From assembly GCA_951406725.2 (NCBI GenBank), contig OX597816.1, positions 161,076,001 to 161,140,000 on the forward strand: a stretch of 64,000 bases of DNA. Reading direction: 5' to 3'. The position numbers and the translations under genes were made by a program. The notes beneath the pieces were generated by a model. That model worked only from the letters and a program-made list of their open reading frames with translations. It was not told where the DNA came from and made no database searches. The stretch comes from Octopus vulgaris (Eukaryota). Each line of letters begins with the position of its first letter. Position 1 is the first letter of the stretch. Shown here one piece after another: positions 12,564 through 26,439 of this stretch.

Positions 12564-13440
12564 ATGAGCATATAAATAAGCATAGTACTTATCTAAAATA
12601 TTGTCATTATTAAAAAATTGCACATTTAAAGTCATTTTGTCAAAAAGTTAGTACATGGTTTAAAATATCATTTGAAAATGAAATCAATTTATTCATTTAC
12701 GCTTAAATTTCTTTACATTTTGAAGATATTCAAGTTTTCTAAAATATTCGAGAGATTTAGTTTTTACAATGTGTAAATATATTTCAAATGTTATAAAAAT
12801 TAACAATCCCATTCATAGAGCATAATACCAACAAATTTTTGAAATATATAAGAAATGTAAATGTGAGACTAAGAACTAACACATTATTTTCTCACTTACA
12901 CGGTATTTGATACTGTCTACAAACTTTCTGAACATATTAATTTTTCTAAATGAGAAATATTTGTAATGACAGCATTTCAATATATATTTTCTCTCTCTTT
13001 CTATTTTTTTTTTTTTTGTTTGAAATAGAAGTACTTTTTCCTGGCAATGATTTTTGATGGTGGTAATCACTAAATAGAAATTTAAATGGAAAGCAATTGA
13101 AGAATTGTTGTTGTATGTTGGGAGGATCATTTTGCCAAGGAAAACACACACTGGTTCTATTTTCCTTCCTTTTTATTAATGGTCACTTGCAAAATTAATT
13201 AACCAGTTAAGCACTTGATTGATCAGTTAAGCACTTGATCATTTGTTTGATCACTCAACCTCTGAGTCCTTTTGACACCATTTGCGACCTCATCACTGAT
13301 ATGCCTCATCTACCTCATATCTCAAAGAACTGATTATTGTCTATTTTCTATAGTATCTGAAACACTGTACTAACTTATTTAAAATACAATTTCAAAATGA
13401 GTAATTTTAATGAAGTACTTTATAGTTACATATAAGCATT

Positions 13441-13875
13441 GGCGTAGGAATGGCACTGTGGTAAGAAGCTTGGTTCCCAACAACATGGTTTTGGGTTCAG
13501 TTCCACTGTGTGGCATCTTGGGCAAGTGTCTTCCACTATAGCCTTGTGTCGACCAAGACTTGTCAGTGGATTTGGGTGAGGGAAACTGAAAGAAGCCTAT
13601 CATAAAATATATATATATATATATGTGTATGTATGTATGTATATGTATATATATATATCTATGTGTGTGTGTTCATCCCCCACCATCACTGTATGTCAAC
13701 TGGTATTGGTGTGTTTACATCTCCATAACTTAGCAGTTTGGCAAAAAAGACTGATAGAATAAGTACCAGGCTTAGAAAATAAGTACTGGGGTAAATTCAT
13801 TCGACTAAAATTTCAAGGTGGTACCCCAGCATGGCCTCAGTCTAATGACTGAAACAAGTAAAAGATAAAAGAGAA
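13441..13875 (+). mobile_element. SINE family A, older CpG-decayed copy
   Basis: Same head, body and tail as 2733-3174, with many CG to TG/CA changes. Confidence 0.85.
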
Positions 13876-13884
13876 AAGAAGAAT

Positions 13885-14380
13885 TGTACATGCAGAATCT
13901 GCACAATTTTGATAGCCCAACCTCATCCTGGGGCCTTAAGAGTGTCGTTTGACATATTAGGGCAGCATGCTGCTAAACTCGCCAGAAAACGCTTTGAAAA
14001 TAAAACAAACTGGGGCAATATTATGGAAGATGCTGGAAGATGCTACAGTTTCCTGTTCTTGAAGAAAAAAAAATCAGCTTTTGTTATCTTATGTGCTTGT
14101 TCATTGCTGAATCCTCAGCAAATTTGACATCATTACCAGGACAGCATCACAGAAGATTTATTGTTTTAAGCACAATAAGAGTCAAAAACCTTCACATCTT
14201 GAGTGGGCTTATAAAAAGAACCACTGATCTTTATCACAAATATGGTACAGTCCATTGATGACAAGGGTCTTGGAACTGTGGACAATTATTTCCAATACAA
14301 ACTGTAGCTGCAGCTCTGAATCAAGAGAGACTTTACACTATCGGTTATGACATACAACAAGAACAGTGAGTGCAGGGAAA
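13885..14380 (+). pseudogene. Helitron Rep/helicase fragment (region before the Pif1 helicase)
   Basis: ENKTNWGNIMEDA..AFVILCACSLLNPQQI*HHYQDSITEDLL..NQERLYTIGYD resembles Helitron E.D..W...M.EA..LF..IL..C.PS.P..LW..Y...M.ED.L..E..YD. Confidence 0.7.
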
Positions 14381-14434
14381 CAAATTATTTTATGTTCCAG
14401 CTAAATGAGTAGCTTATATGTATATAATAAATAG

Positions 14435-14537
<103 letters not shown>

Positions 14538-15404
14538 ATATATAATAATAATATTAGGGAATAAATCCAAACTTACAGGGAAAAATTAGATTTAGGATTA
14601 AATCCAATTTTATAGTATAAATATATTATATATATTATTTTAAATTAGAGATAAAACCACTATTAGGCAAATCAAACAGTGAAAAAGTGAAAAACATAAG
14701 CCAATATTTTCACTGTTTGATTTACCTAATAGTGGTTTTATCTCTAATTTAATATAATATGTATATATATATATATATACACATGCATATATGGGTAAAA
14801 GACATCACCAACGGTTCAAACAACATGAAATACGTAAACAAATGAGTTAAATACTTAACGAAAAAAGCAGAGAACAGGACAAGTAAACACAGAGAACAAA
14901 CCTTTTATCAATTGTCGGCTGTCTATCTACTACTCCTTTTGAGCATTCAATGACAATATGAGTCTTCAAAGACAGTTGCTTCCATAAATTCTAAAATAAA
15001 ATTCAGGATTTATGGAGGGTCAAAGTTGGGAACAAAAACATGTTTCAGTCATTAGACTGAGGCCATGCTGAAATTCTTCAAGGCGGTGCCCCAGTATGGC
15101 TGCATTCTAATGACTGAATCAAGTAAAAAATAATGGTAAATAAATAAAATGTGGAACATTCATCAACACATCTCAAGAAATTCTATTGAAAATATACCCT
15201 AACCTCTTAGAAACATTGAGTGATAATCAGAATATGTCATCCTAACTCCCCAAAATAGTATTGTATAAGATATTAAAGACATCATCATTCAACAGGCAAA
15301 AAAAAAAAATTGAAATTTCCAATCAACAGTCACTAAAGCTTCATACTTAATAAAAACCAACTTTAGACATGTATCTGTATTACAATGAGAGATATATGCA
15401 AAAA

Positions 15405-16290
15405 TGAGGTGGTACGTAAAGATTCCCAGGTTAGTTATGTTTAATAAAAAATAACTTATTTACCTAAGTTTTACCATCATTTCCTTCAAAATAGTCACCT
15501 TGCATAGCAATACACCAGTCTCAGTATTCCTGCCACTTTTGGAATCTGGCCTGGAAATTGTTTTCCATAAGTGAGTTGAGGACCTTCTGTGATTAGCTCT
15601 GGATCTCAACAACAGTGTTAAAATGGTGACCTTTGGGCTGCCTTTTCATATTGGAAAAGGGATGGAAGTCTGCAGGTAATAAATCTTGTGAATAGGGTGG
15701 GTGCAGATGTGATACCATATTGTTGTGGCAAGAAACTCACAAGTGAGGAAAGCTTGGTGAAGAACCCAATTCTTCGTGCTCCACAGATCCGGTCCCTTTT
15801 GTTAAATGCCTTCCCTCAAATGCTTCAAATCATCATAGTAGAACTCTTGATTGACAGTCTGGCCTAGGGGAGACAAATTCTTGATGTGCAATGCCACATT
15901 TATAAGGGTTGACATTCCAGATTGCTCATTGTCTTCCAGGGAAATTCTTCCACTTTTGAAGCACCTGTGCCCTTTGAAACATTGTGTACGAACCATTGCC
16001 TCATCACCATAAGCTTGCCAAAGCATGTTCAATGTCTCTGTAGCAGACTTTCCAAATTTAACACAAAATTTCACATTGGCTCTTTGTTCCTGTCCATGAC
16101 AAAATGCAGACGACAGCATACGTGTGTTCACAAAAGCACATATTTCATAACCTGTGAAGCAAACACAGCAATGTTACTTGGCACACTGCTCCACGAATGT
16201 CACTCCTAGCTCTCACTGAACATACAACCATGTGCTGCCATCTGTTGGTGCACTACAGAACTAGTCCAGGAATTTTTTGATACCACCTTG
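15405..16290 (-). mobile_element. Internally deleted mariner element with both TIRs
   Basis: ORF 15802-16131 EQRANVKFCVKFGKSATET..AYGDEAM..FKSGRISLED is the mariner HTH, followed by GQTVNQEFY and HPPYSQDL. TIRs (C/T)RAGGTGGTA..AAA.ATTCC. Confidence 0.9.
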
Positions 16291-16737
16291 TATAGTTACA
16301 TTTAAAAAGTACTGCATAAGAAAAATGTAATAAATTAAGTCATTTAATTGCATCATCATTTAATGTCCATTTACAAAAACTGTTTCAACATAGTTGGCAC
16401 CAAGGCAAAGCTAGATACATCTGCTAGATTATACTGACATTTTGCTTAATGCCTACTGCCTACCCTGAATAAATATTCACAGTAAGCTGTTGGCATTCAT
16501 AAAGTAAAGAGTCAACAAAATGCCTTGTCATTATAGGGCAACAGGTTATGAAATATTTCCACGACAAAGTGTTTATTTGCATGAATTAAATGGAAAAGTT
16601 GTGTCATACTAATGTGTGTGCGTAAATAAACATCATTACTATTGTATATTCATTATAGTTGAAACACATTTGTATTTTCAATGCAATTGCTCTTCCATAT
16701 GTGTATGTGCATACATGTGTATGTGTGTGTGTGTGTA

Positions 16738-17730
16738 TTGGAAAGAGTTATTGCACAATTAATTGGGAACTGAATTAGACTAGATGAAATGCAGTTTGGC
16801 TTTGTGCTGGGAAGAAGTACTACTGATGCTATTTTCGGTCAGGCAACTACAAGAGAAGTATTTAGCTAAGAATAAGCCATTGTACTTAGCATTTGTTGAT
16901 CTGGAGAAAGCCTTCAACAGAGTGCCTCATTCTGTGATATGGTGGTCTCTGAAGAAACTAGGGGTAGATGAATGGCTTGTGAAAGTAGTACAGGCCATGT
17001 GCAGAGGTGCTGTTAGTAAGATAAGAATTAGACCATGAGTACAGTGACATTTAGTGTACGGGTAGCTGTCCATCAAGGCTTGGTCCTCAGCTCTCTCCTA
17101 CTTATTGTTCTCCAAGCCATAATAGAGAAATTTAAGACTGGAAGCCCATGGGAAATACTATATGTATATGTTAAAGATCTAGCTCTCATAGTAGAATCTG
17201 TTATGGAACAAGAAAAGAAATTCCAGGCATAGAAACAAAACCTGGAATCAAAGAGTCTTAAAGTTACCTTAGCAAAGACCAATGTCCTAGTAAGCAAGAC
17301 ACTGAACAGGACCCCACCCACTTCAGGTAAATGGCTTTGTTTGCTATGTGGTAAAGGTGTGGGCAGAAATTCTATTCAATGTACCCAGTGTAAGCTATGG
17401 ACATACAAGAGATGCAGTGGAATAGTAGGAAGGTTTATAGAGAAAATAATGTTTGTATGTGGAAGTATGAGGGCCATAAAGGCCACAAGTACATGAGAAA
17501 CCAATTTCTTCAAATGTCCCAGTGACTCTTTGGAAGTTATAGATAATTTTTGCTACTTAGGTGACCTAATTAGCAGAGGAAGAAGTTGTATATGAGGTGT
17601 AATTGCTAGAATAAGAATAGGATGGAGGGAGTTCAAAGAGCTTTTACTTCTGTTGGCAACCAAATGTTTCTCTCTCCAAGTGAAAGGAAAGTTGTATGAT
17701 GTATGTATATGAATAGCAATGCTACATGCT
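16738..17730 (+). pseudogene. RTE-clade LINE RT fragment with PHD-like Cys cluster
   Basis: RQLQEKYLAKNKPLYLAFVDLEKAFNRVP, VHQGLVLS, PWEILY..KDLAL (decayed YADD), C..CGKGVGRNSIQCTQCKLW.YKRC. Confidence 0.9.
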
Positions 17731-18207
17731 AGTGTATATGCCCCCATGTAAACATAATGTCCCTCCCCCTTGTGTGTACAGTGCGTTTGTATACAAGATT
17801 AATACTCATACAGAGGTTCATCAATGGGTATTTTGATTTTACTCTGCATGAGCATTTATCAGATTTATTTGCATTTGTGGCAGTGCTGATTTCATTTTCC
17901 AGCACTGTTACCAAATTGGCTATATCACTATTATTGCTACTATCACAATGTGACCACAGCAGGTGTTTTTCATTCTGGTAGTATTTCCTTTCATGACATT
18001 TTGATGCATATAATTGCTGTCTTTTCTATTTGTCGAGCCGGAAGTAGTTGACCTATCATAAGTTATAGTAGGTAAGTTGTTCAATAGTTGGTTCATTTTA
18101 CTGTTATTAATGCAGTGCATATGTTGCTCTAAATTAATATATATTTATATATATATATTGAAGATGTAGTTGCATAGCAAGTGGCCTGATCTCAGATCGT
18201 GTGCTGG

Positions 18208-18456
18208 AACAAAAATAATTGCTGCATGGAAGGTATTTATAAGCCATTTAAAAAAAAACACACACAAAATATGTTAAAATATTTTCGTTGCTTTCACACC
18301 ATAACCTGTTTACTGACAAAATTCCATGCTGTGTCAGCAAACAGGTCGTGGTCTGAAAGCGATGAAAATATTTTGACAAATTAAATGAATCTAACAGTTT
18401 TTTTTGTGTTTGTTTTTAAAATGGCTTATAAACACCTTCCATGCTGCAATCATTTT

Positions 18457-18459
<3 letters not shown>
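18208..18459. repeat. ~250-bp fold-back palindrome (MITE-derived)
   Basis: Outer arms ACAAAAATAATTGCTGCATGGAAGGTATTTATAAGCCATT / AATGGCTTATAAACACCTTCCATGCTGCAATCATTTTTGT, plus inner complementary arms. Confidence 0.8.
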
Positions 18460-18505
<46 letters not shown>

Positions 18506-18994
18506 TCATCATCATCATTTAACATCTGCTTTCCATGCTGGCATGGGTTAGATGGTTTGACTGGAACTGATAAGCCAGAGAGCTTCACCAGGTTCCAGTC
18601 TGATTTGACATGGTATCTATGGCTGGATGCCCTTCCTAATGCCAACCACTCTAAGAGTGTAATGGGTGCTTTTTACTTGCCACTGGCATGGATGCCATTT
18701 ACTTGACATTGGCAACGGCCATGACTATGATTTCACAAGTACCATTTACATGATACCATTTACATGACACTAGCAATGGTCATGACTACAGTTTCATTTG
18801 GCTAGACAAGTCTTCTCAAGCAAAGCATATCACCATGGTCTCAGTCACTTGTCATTGCCTCCATGAGATCTAACATTCGAAGATCATGCTACAAGCAACA
18901 GCCCAAATATATATATATAAGAGGTTAGTATATCTTCTAATTAACTTATATGTATATAAGTTAATTAGTTTAGACTGAGAATATATATACACAC

Positions 18995-19650
18995 ACAAGT
19001 GGGTATGAAAAGTTCTTGGCTTTAAGGGTATCACGAAAAGCCTGGTTGGAGATCCAGACTTCTGAGTTCTTTTACGAAAAACTGAAGGACTGCTGCAATA
19101 AGTATACTCTTTTTTCTCTTTTTACTCTTTTTACTTGTTTCAGTCATTTGACTGTGGCCATGCTGGAGCACCGCCTTTAGTCGAGCAAATCGACCCCGGG
19201 ACTTATTCTTTGTAAGCCCAGTACTTATTCTATCGGTCTCTTTTGCCAAACCGCTAAGTAACGGGGACAGAAACACACCAGCATCGGTTGTCAAGCAATG
19301 CTAGGGGGACAAACACAAACACACAAACACACACACGCATATATATATATATACATATATACGACGGGCTTCTTTCAGTTTCTGTCTACCAAATCCACTC
19401 ACAAGGCATTGGTCGGCCCGAGGCTATATTAGAAGACACTTGCCCAAGGTGCCACGCAGTGGGACTGAACCCAGAACCATGTGGTTGGTTAGCAAGCTAC
19501 TTACCACACAGCCACTCCTGCGCCTAAGTATGTTGAAATATGTTGAATAAAATCATAATTAACTGAAATAAGTATGTTAAAATCATAATTAATTGATCCT
19601 CCTGTATTTTCTTTTACCCAAAACCAGAATTTTTCTGCATACCCTCTGAT
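18995..19650. mobile_element. mariner-type MITE interrupted by SINE family A (19106-19524, minus strand)
   Basis: Diverged TIRs GGGTATGAAAAGTTCTTGG / CCAGAATTTTTCTGCATACCC. The SINE is flanked by a 7-bp TSD TAAGTAT (19099-19105, 19525-19531). Confidence 0.75.
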
Positions 19651-19704
19651 ATATATATATATATATATCATTATCAACATCATCGTTTAACGTCTGCTTT
19701 CCAT

Positions 19705-21262
19705 GCCACCTGAAGGGATTTATGATTTAAGACTTTGGTTTTCGCTAGATTCACTCTAAGGCTCTTCAATTCTAGACCTTGCTTTCACACCTGAAACTTC
19801 TCCTCTAGTTCTAATAGTGACTCAGCTATTAGAGCAAGTTCATCAGCATAGACAAGTTCCCAGGGACATCTTGTCTTGAATTCCTCCGTTATTGCCTGAA
19901 GGACTATGATAAGAGAAGGCTGAGGACTGATCCTTGGTTACTCCTTGCTTCTACCCAGAATTCTTCATTGTACTCATTGCCAACCCTTACCTCACTGACA
20001 GCATCCCTGTACATGGCTTATACAGCTCTCACTAACTACTCATCTATCCCTAGTTTCCACATTGACCATGAGATAAAGGATCGGGGAATCCTGTGAAAGG
20101 CTTTCTCCATATCAATGAAAGCCAAGTACAGAGGTTTATCTTTGGCTAGGTATTTCTCCTACAGCTGTCTTACCAGAAGTATAGTATCAATGTTGCTTCT
20201 CCCTGGCACAAACCCAAACTGCATCTCATCTAAACTAACTCTCTCCCAAATTAGTTGTGCTATGACCCTCTCCGTAACCTTCATTACCTGATCCAACAAC
20301 TTGATACCTCTGTAATTATTCGTATCTAATGCATCACCATTACCTTTGTAGCAGTTGACTATGGTGCTGCTACACCAGTCGTTGGGTATGATTCCTTCAC
20401 ATATCACCTGATTGACTATACAGGTGACTGGACTATAGCTAACATCACCAGATATTTTAAGCATTTCTGCAGTGATTCCTGATGGGCCGGAGGCTTTCCC
20501 AATCTTCATACCCTTAATTGCTTTATCTACCCAGGTACTGTCAATTTATATAGCTGGTCCCTCTGTTGGGTTGACATTTGGCAGACACTCTTTCTCACAT
20601 TCATTCTCTTCATTTAGCATCTCCAAACCTCTCTCTTTGCAGCTTCATTAAATGCAAGCGAGCCATCATCCACGTGGACACATTTCTCTCCTATGGCATC
20701 ATGATTTTCTTTCACACACTTTCTTGCAACATGAAACACTTCAAGTCCTTAGAACGCAAAACATTGGCAAATCTTTTCTTATCTGCTTTCCCTCTGGCTA
20801 AGTAAATCTGTCTCCTAGCTTCCCTTCTGGTAATCTGATACAATTCCCTGCTACCACCGTTCTTCAAGTTCTTCCATGCTTGGTTCTTTTCTCTAATGGT
20901 CCTGTCAACTACATTGTTCCACCACCATGTTACCTTGGGTCAAGAGAGAATTTTGCTCCATCCACAGGTTGTCCCGGAGGAACCTCCAGTTGTCTTCCAC
21001 ATCATGTGATGCTATATGACCCTCTATTTTGTCAAAAGCTTTGAATAAAACGTCTCTAAATCTCTATCCATTCGCAGAAACCTTAAGCTTCCAGACCCTT
21101 CTTCTCCATGTTGGTCATCTTCTGGGCATCCATTTAGCCCTGATCCTGAAGTCACTAACTACTTATCTATGTTATAGGGTGCATTCTTCACCTGGGAAGA
21201 TTTTGGCATTTATAAGTAGCCATCTTTCCCATTTTCTGGCAACGGTGTAATCAATTTGACTA
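19705..21262 (-). pseudogene. RTE-clade LINE fragment (end of EN to RT), same family as 16738-17730
   Basis: MKIGKASGPSGITAEMLK..IPNDW..NYRGIKLLDQVMKV..EMQFGFVPGRS..LVRQL, then KAF and ELVYADELAL. Confidence 0.9.
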
Positions 21263-21442
21263 GTGTGTGTGTGTGTGTGCTTGTATATATCATCATCGTT
21301 TAACGTCCATTTTCCGCGCTAGCACGGGTTGGACGGTTCGACCGGGGTCTGGGAAGCCAGGGGCTGCAACAGGCTCCAGTCTGATCTGGCAGTGTTTCTA
21401 CAGCTGGATGCCCTTCCTAACGCCAACCACTCCACGAGTGTA

Positions 21443-21479
<37 letters not shown>

Positions 21480-21651
21480 TAATCAAAATAAGCAACAAGT
21501 ATATTCGAGGCTATACTTATAGATGGAAGAGGTAAGAATGCTGCTTATTTTCATTATAATAACCCCGTGGATTTATATGGATAATACAATACAAAATTCT
21601 GGTGCCTTTGACTTAAGTAACATATTCATCTGAATCTAAATTTTGCTGAAC

Positions 21652-21684
<33 letters not shown>

Positions 21685-21873
21685 TGTATGTATGTATATG
21701 TATATGTGTATATATATATGTATGCGTATATATATCCATATATATATATACACACATATATGTATATATGTGTATATATATATATATATATACATACATA
21801 TATATATAAATACATATACATATATATATATACATATACATGCATATATATACATATACATGCATATATATAT

Positions 21874-21912
<39 letters not shown>

Positions 21913-22874
21913 AGTGTGTGTGTGTGTGTGTATGTATGTGTGTATATATATAAATAGAGAGAGAGAGAGAGGAAGCTTCTTCCATAAAAAAATTTGAAAA
22001 TGGTTGAACGTATTGCTTGGTTCTAATTAGATGGAAGAGGTAAGAATGATATTGTTGTGTTTTGCATATGATTATTCGGTATATAATATGCTTCTAGTTT
22101 GTTGTTAAAAGGCTCATGTTAATACGATAGAACGCATAAACATAAAAATGGTCTTTATTTTCCTGATAGAAAAATATAATTATGAATATGTGATAAAAAT
22201 AATACAAATTTTAAAAATAAATTAGAAATATATTTTATATGATAAATATTTTTTTAAAAATTATAAAAATACATCTTGTTCTTCATGTTCACACATTGTT
22301 TCAACTCCCACATAGAAACTCATATATGTGCATATGAACAATTACGCCCACATGCACAATTACACCCACATGAGAGCACCTTTCTACATGCACATGCTTG
22401 ACTTACATTATTATACATGAACGTATGTTCAATGAATAACTAAAGGCTGAGAGAAAGATGCACATGAGGCAACATGGAAGAGTAACTTCGTTACATTAAG
22501 TAGTGAGAGTAACGAACAAATCTGAAAAAGCGATAGATGTGATGAGAAACTTATATAGTTGATAGATAAAAAGCTGTATGTAAAAAAGAGGTATATATAT
22601 GAGACCAAAAACATATATATAAATTAATGATATATATATATAAAAATGTGATAAAAATGCAATGAATTGATAAATTTACAGACTTATAAAAATATATGAA
22701 AAAGAGACATATATGTACATACACACGTACATATGTACATACATACATATATACGTGTATGTGTGTGTAAATATGTATGTGTGTGTGTGCACGCATGTGT
22801 GTGTGCATGCGTATGTGTGTGTGTAAATATGTATGTGTGTGTATCATCATCATCATCATCAACGGACGTTAAAC

Positions 22875-22922
<48 letters not shown>

Positions 22923-23080
22923 ACACACACATACATATTTACACACACACACGCATGCACACACACACACATGTATGTGCACACACACACACATGCATGT
23001 GCACACACACACATGCATGTGCACACACACATGCATGTGCACACACACACATGCACGTGCACACACACACACATGCATGT

Positions 23081-23120
<40 letters not shown>

Positions 23121-23949
23121 TCATGTTTATGCAATACAATATTATAGATCCAGTTCTGCTGATTTTACCAAACAGTTTCATCCATGAGGGTTTGAAATAA
23201 AATCCCAATTCTAGTGCTCATCAGAGCAGCTGTAGAAAGAGTACGTCAATGGCTTTATGACACACTCTTCCAACAGAGAAATCAGAAAATGTCACATCTG
23301 TGGTTGTGAAAAATGGATATGAAAATACTTGTAACAAAAACTCAGAGGGGAAATTTGTTTGAATTATGCCCCTTGTATAGGGATCACTCTGAGTCACCAG
23401 AGTGTAAGTGGTGAATACCAGCTGAGGATTAACAAGCACTAACCCTTACAGAGTGTCAGCAGGCTCTAACCTCTTGTATACTTGTGGTACCATTTAATCC
23501 TTATCCAAGGGACATGACTGTAACAAAATTCCTTCTCTGAGATTCACTTTGTTGCCATTTTTCACAGTATTCACAAACTGGATATGACTTCCTGACTTTT
23601 AGCAACATAGTGCTTTCACCATACTCTTCCTGATACTCCTGATGAGTGCTGGGAATGGATTTTTTACCCTAACATTCTTGTGTACACATCCACCCATGCA
23701 TCACCCCCCCACACACACACACATGCACATATATATATAGATAGATTCTTTTTGCACTCTAGGACCGAAATTTTTGGGGAGTGGGCCAGTCGATGAGATA
23801 GACCACAGTACGCACCTGGTACTTAATTTATCGATCCTGAAAGGATGAAAGGCAAAATCAACCTTGGCGGAATTCGAACTCAGAACGTAAAGACAGACGA
23901 AATACTGCTAAGCAATTCGCCCGGCATGCTAACGTTTCTGCCAGCTCAC

Positions 23950-24089
<140 letters not shown>

Positions 24090-24137
24090 AGGGGATAATT
24101 ATAATATATATATATATGTGTGATGGTGGTGGGGGGT

Positions 24138-24505
24138 GAAGGTGCATGGCTCAGTGGTTAGAGTGTCTAGCTTATGATCATGAAGTTGTGAATTCGATTC
24201 CAGGACCAGGCTGTGTGTTGTGTTCTTGAGCAAAACACTTTATTTCATGTTGCTTCAGTTCACTCAGCTGTAGAAATGAGTTGCGACGTCACAGGTGCCA
24301 AGCTGTATTGGCCTTTGCCTTTCCCTTGGATAACATCGGTGATGTGGAGAGGGGAGGCTGGTATGCATGGGCGACAGCTGGTCTTCCATAAAAACAACCC
24401 TAGGTTATGTGTTAGCCAATGAGGTGACTTTCCACCCAGACTTGTATCCCGGAGGGGAGCCTCTTAGGTGCACCCATGGTCATTTGTGAGCAACAGAGTT
24501 GAGTT
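24138..24505 (+). mobile_element. tRNA-headed SINE, further family (related copies 59385-59630, 63340-63450)
   Basis: A box TGGCTCAGTGG, B-box-like AATTCGATTCC, then GTGTTCTTGAGCAAAACACTT..CACTCAGCTGTA. Confidence 0.75.
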
Positions 24506-24529
24506 TATATATATATATATATATATATC

Positions 24530-24688
24530 AAGTTCAAATTTACAGAAAACAAAAGATGAAGACAGGTGAAGGAACAACAAGCAGTGTTTTAGTTAAGCTT
24601 TCGGGAATAATAGAAAAAAACCTTTGACGTTTCAAGCCTATACTCTTCGACAAATAAGATTGAGAGGAAACAAAATGGAGAGTGAATA

Positions 24689-24690
<2 letters not shown>
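24530..24690 (-). mobile_element. (TA)n-flanked short element with minimal HHR variant (24622-24657); same family at 24810-24900 and 41225-41405
   Basis: UUGUCGA-AGAGUAUAGGCUU-GAAAC-GUC-AAAG. Shared tail CACCTGTCTTCRTCTTTTG..(TA)n. Confidence 0.65.
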
Positions 24691-24743
<53 letters not shown>

Positions 24744-24910
24744 CATATATAGAATGATCGCTCTCTTCCCAACCATAAACAACTTCTAAGTATATATATA
24801 TATATATATATTTTCTATTCCTGAGAGTTATACTAATACATCTGTTTGTTTTGTACACCACCTGTCTTCGTCTTTTGCTTTTTTCGTAAACTCTCCCTAT
24901 ATATATATAA

Positions 24911-25626
24911 ATAGTACTAAAAATAGATCCGCTAGGTTTCAGCCACAAAGAATTGTTTCCGATGAAAGTTAGCACGACTACTAGCGCAAACGAACAGGGC
25001 AAATAAAAATAACAAAAATGCAGATTAGTTCAGGACAATTGTTTCGCTATTAATAAATTATGTAATTTTACTCACACAACATATCTGTAGCTCTTCAGCC
25101 GAACCCGTCCAGAATACAATTTACTCAACCGCACGCTAGATTTTACCATAATAATTAACACAAGTGCGGTTCAGTTGATTGCATTCGCTGTTATAATTCA
25201 AGTGCTCCTGCCACAGCCCGCCAAAATTCACGGAAACAGATACTACATCCAAAATTAAATGTAGTATAATTACAATCAACTAATAAGGGTGAGAGAATTA
25301 GATACTAATTTAATAGTATATCCATTTAACACCAAGTGGCTTAGTGCATAAAAACCCGGAATTCAATAAATTTTATATATAAATATAAGAGAGTAACCAC
25401 TATGTGGTCGACTCTAGCACTAGTACTAACTTTCATCGGAAACAATTCTTTGTGGCTGAAACCTAGTGGATCTATTTTTAGTGCTAGAGTCGACCACATA
25501 GTGGTTACTCTCTTATATTTATATATAAAATTTATTGAATTCCGGGTTTTATGCACTAAGCCACTTGGTGTTAAATGGATATACTATTAAATTAGTATCT
25601 AATTCTCTCACCCTTATTAGTTGATT
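24911..25626. mobile_element. Non-coding HHR element (retrozyme-like or non-autonomous PLE) with inverted duplication
   Basis: ~148-bp near-perfect inverted arms (25274-25422, 25479-25626). The spacer recurs inverted at 24912-24972. Intact HHR; (TA)n on both sides. Confidence 0.8.
25027..25105 (-). ncRNA. Type I hammerhead ribozyme, canonical core
   Basis: GGUUCGG-CUGAAGA-GCUA..UAGC-GAAA-CAAUU-GUC-CUGAACU: 7-bp stem I, palindromic stem III (ACAAUUGU), GUC cleavage site. Confidence 0.9.
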
Positions 25627-25664
25627 ATATATATATATATATATATATATTATTTTATTTTTTT

Positions 25665-25863
25665 ATTCTTTTACTTGTCTCAGTCATTTGACTGTGGTCA
25701 TGCTTGAGCACTGCCTTTAGTTGAGCAAATCGAACCTAGATCTTATTCTATCGGTCTCTTTTGCCGAACCACTAGGTTGCAGGGACGTAATCATACCAAC
25801 CTTGGTTATCAAGGGATGGTTGGGGGAGGGGGCACATACACACAAACATATACACACACATAC

Positions 25864-25898
<35 letters not shown>

Positions 25899-26000
25899 TA
25901 TATATATACACACGACAGACTTCTTTCAGTTTCCGTCTACCAAATCCACTCACAAAGCTTTGGTTGGCCCAAGGCTATAGTAGAAGACCTTTGCCGAAGG
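25665..26000 (-). mobile_element. SINE family A, 5'-truncated
   Basis: Tail and body match family A. Confidence 0.8.
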
Positions 26001-26035
26001 GTCCATACAATGGGACTTGGAGTTATACTCCCTAA

Positions 26036-26067
<32 letters not shown>

Positions 26068-26069
26068 TG

Positions 26070-26439
26070 TATTGATAGCTTACGTTTATTGAGTGCATTT
26101 AAATCTCAATATAGAAAGCAAGACCTATCTGTAATCTCGGCGGGACCACAAAACGTAACAAATATTTAGCCGATAACTGAAGAGATGCTGGCGTGGGTTT
26201 CTGCCCTGACATCCGAAACTCGGAGTTTTACCATGGCTACCGAATAATTATCACATATTATATTTACAGATACATATATACAAAAATTTAAATATATTTT
26301 GTATCTTTTCATTTGTCTTGCTTGCTTACGTTCTGGCGTTTGCTGAATTTTCTTGACAAGTCTTTTCTTTGTGGTCAGACCATATGGGGTCTACATCTAG
26401 CGTATTGGATGTCCACTTAGTGGTCGTCACTTTTATATG

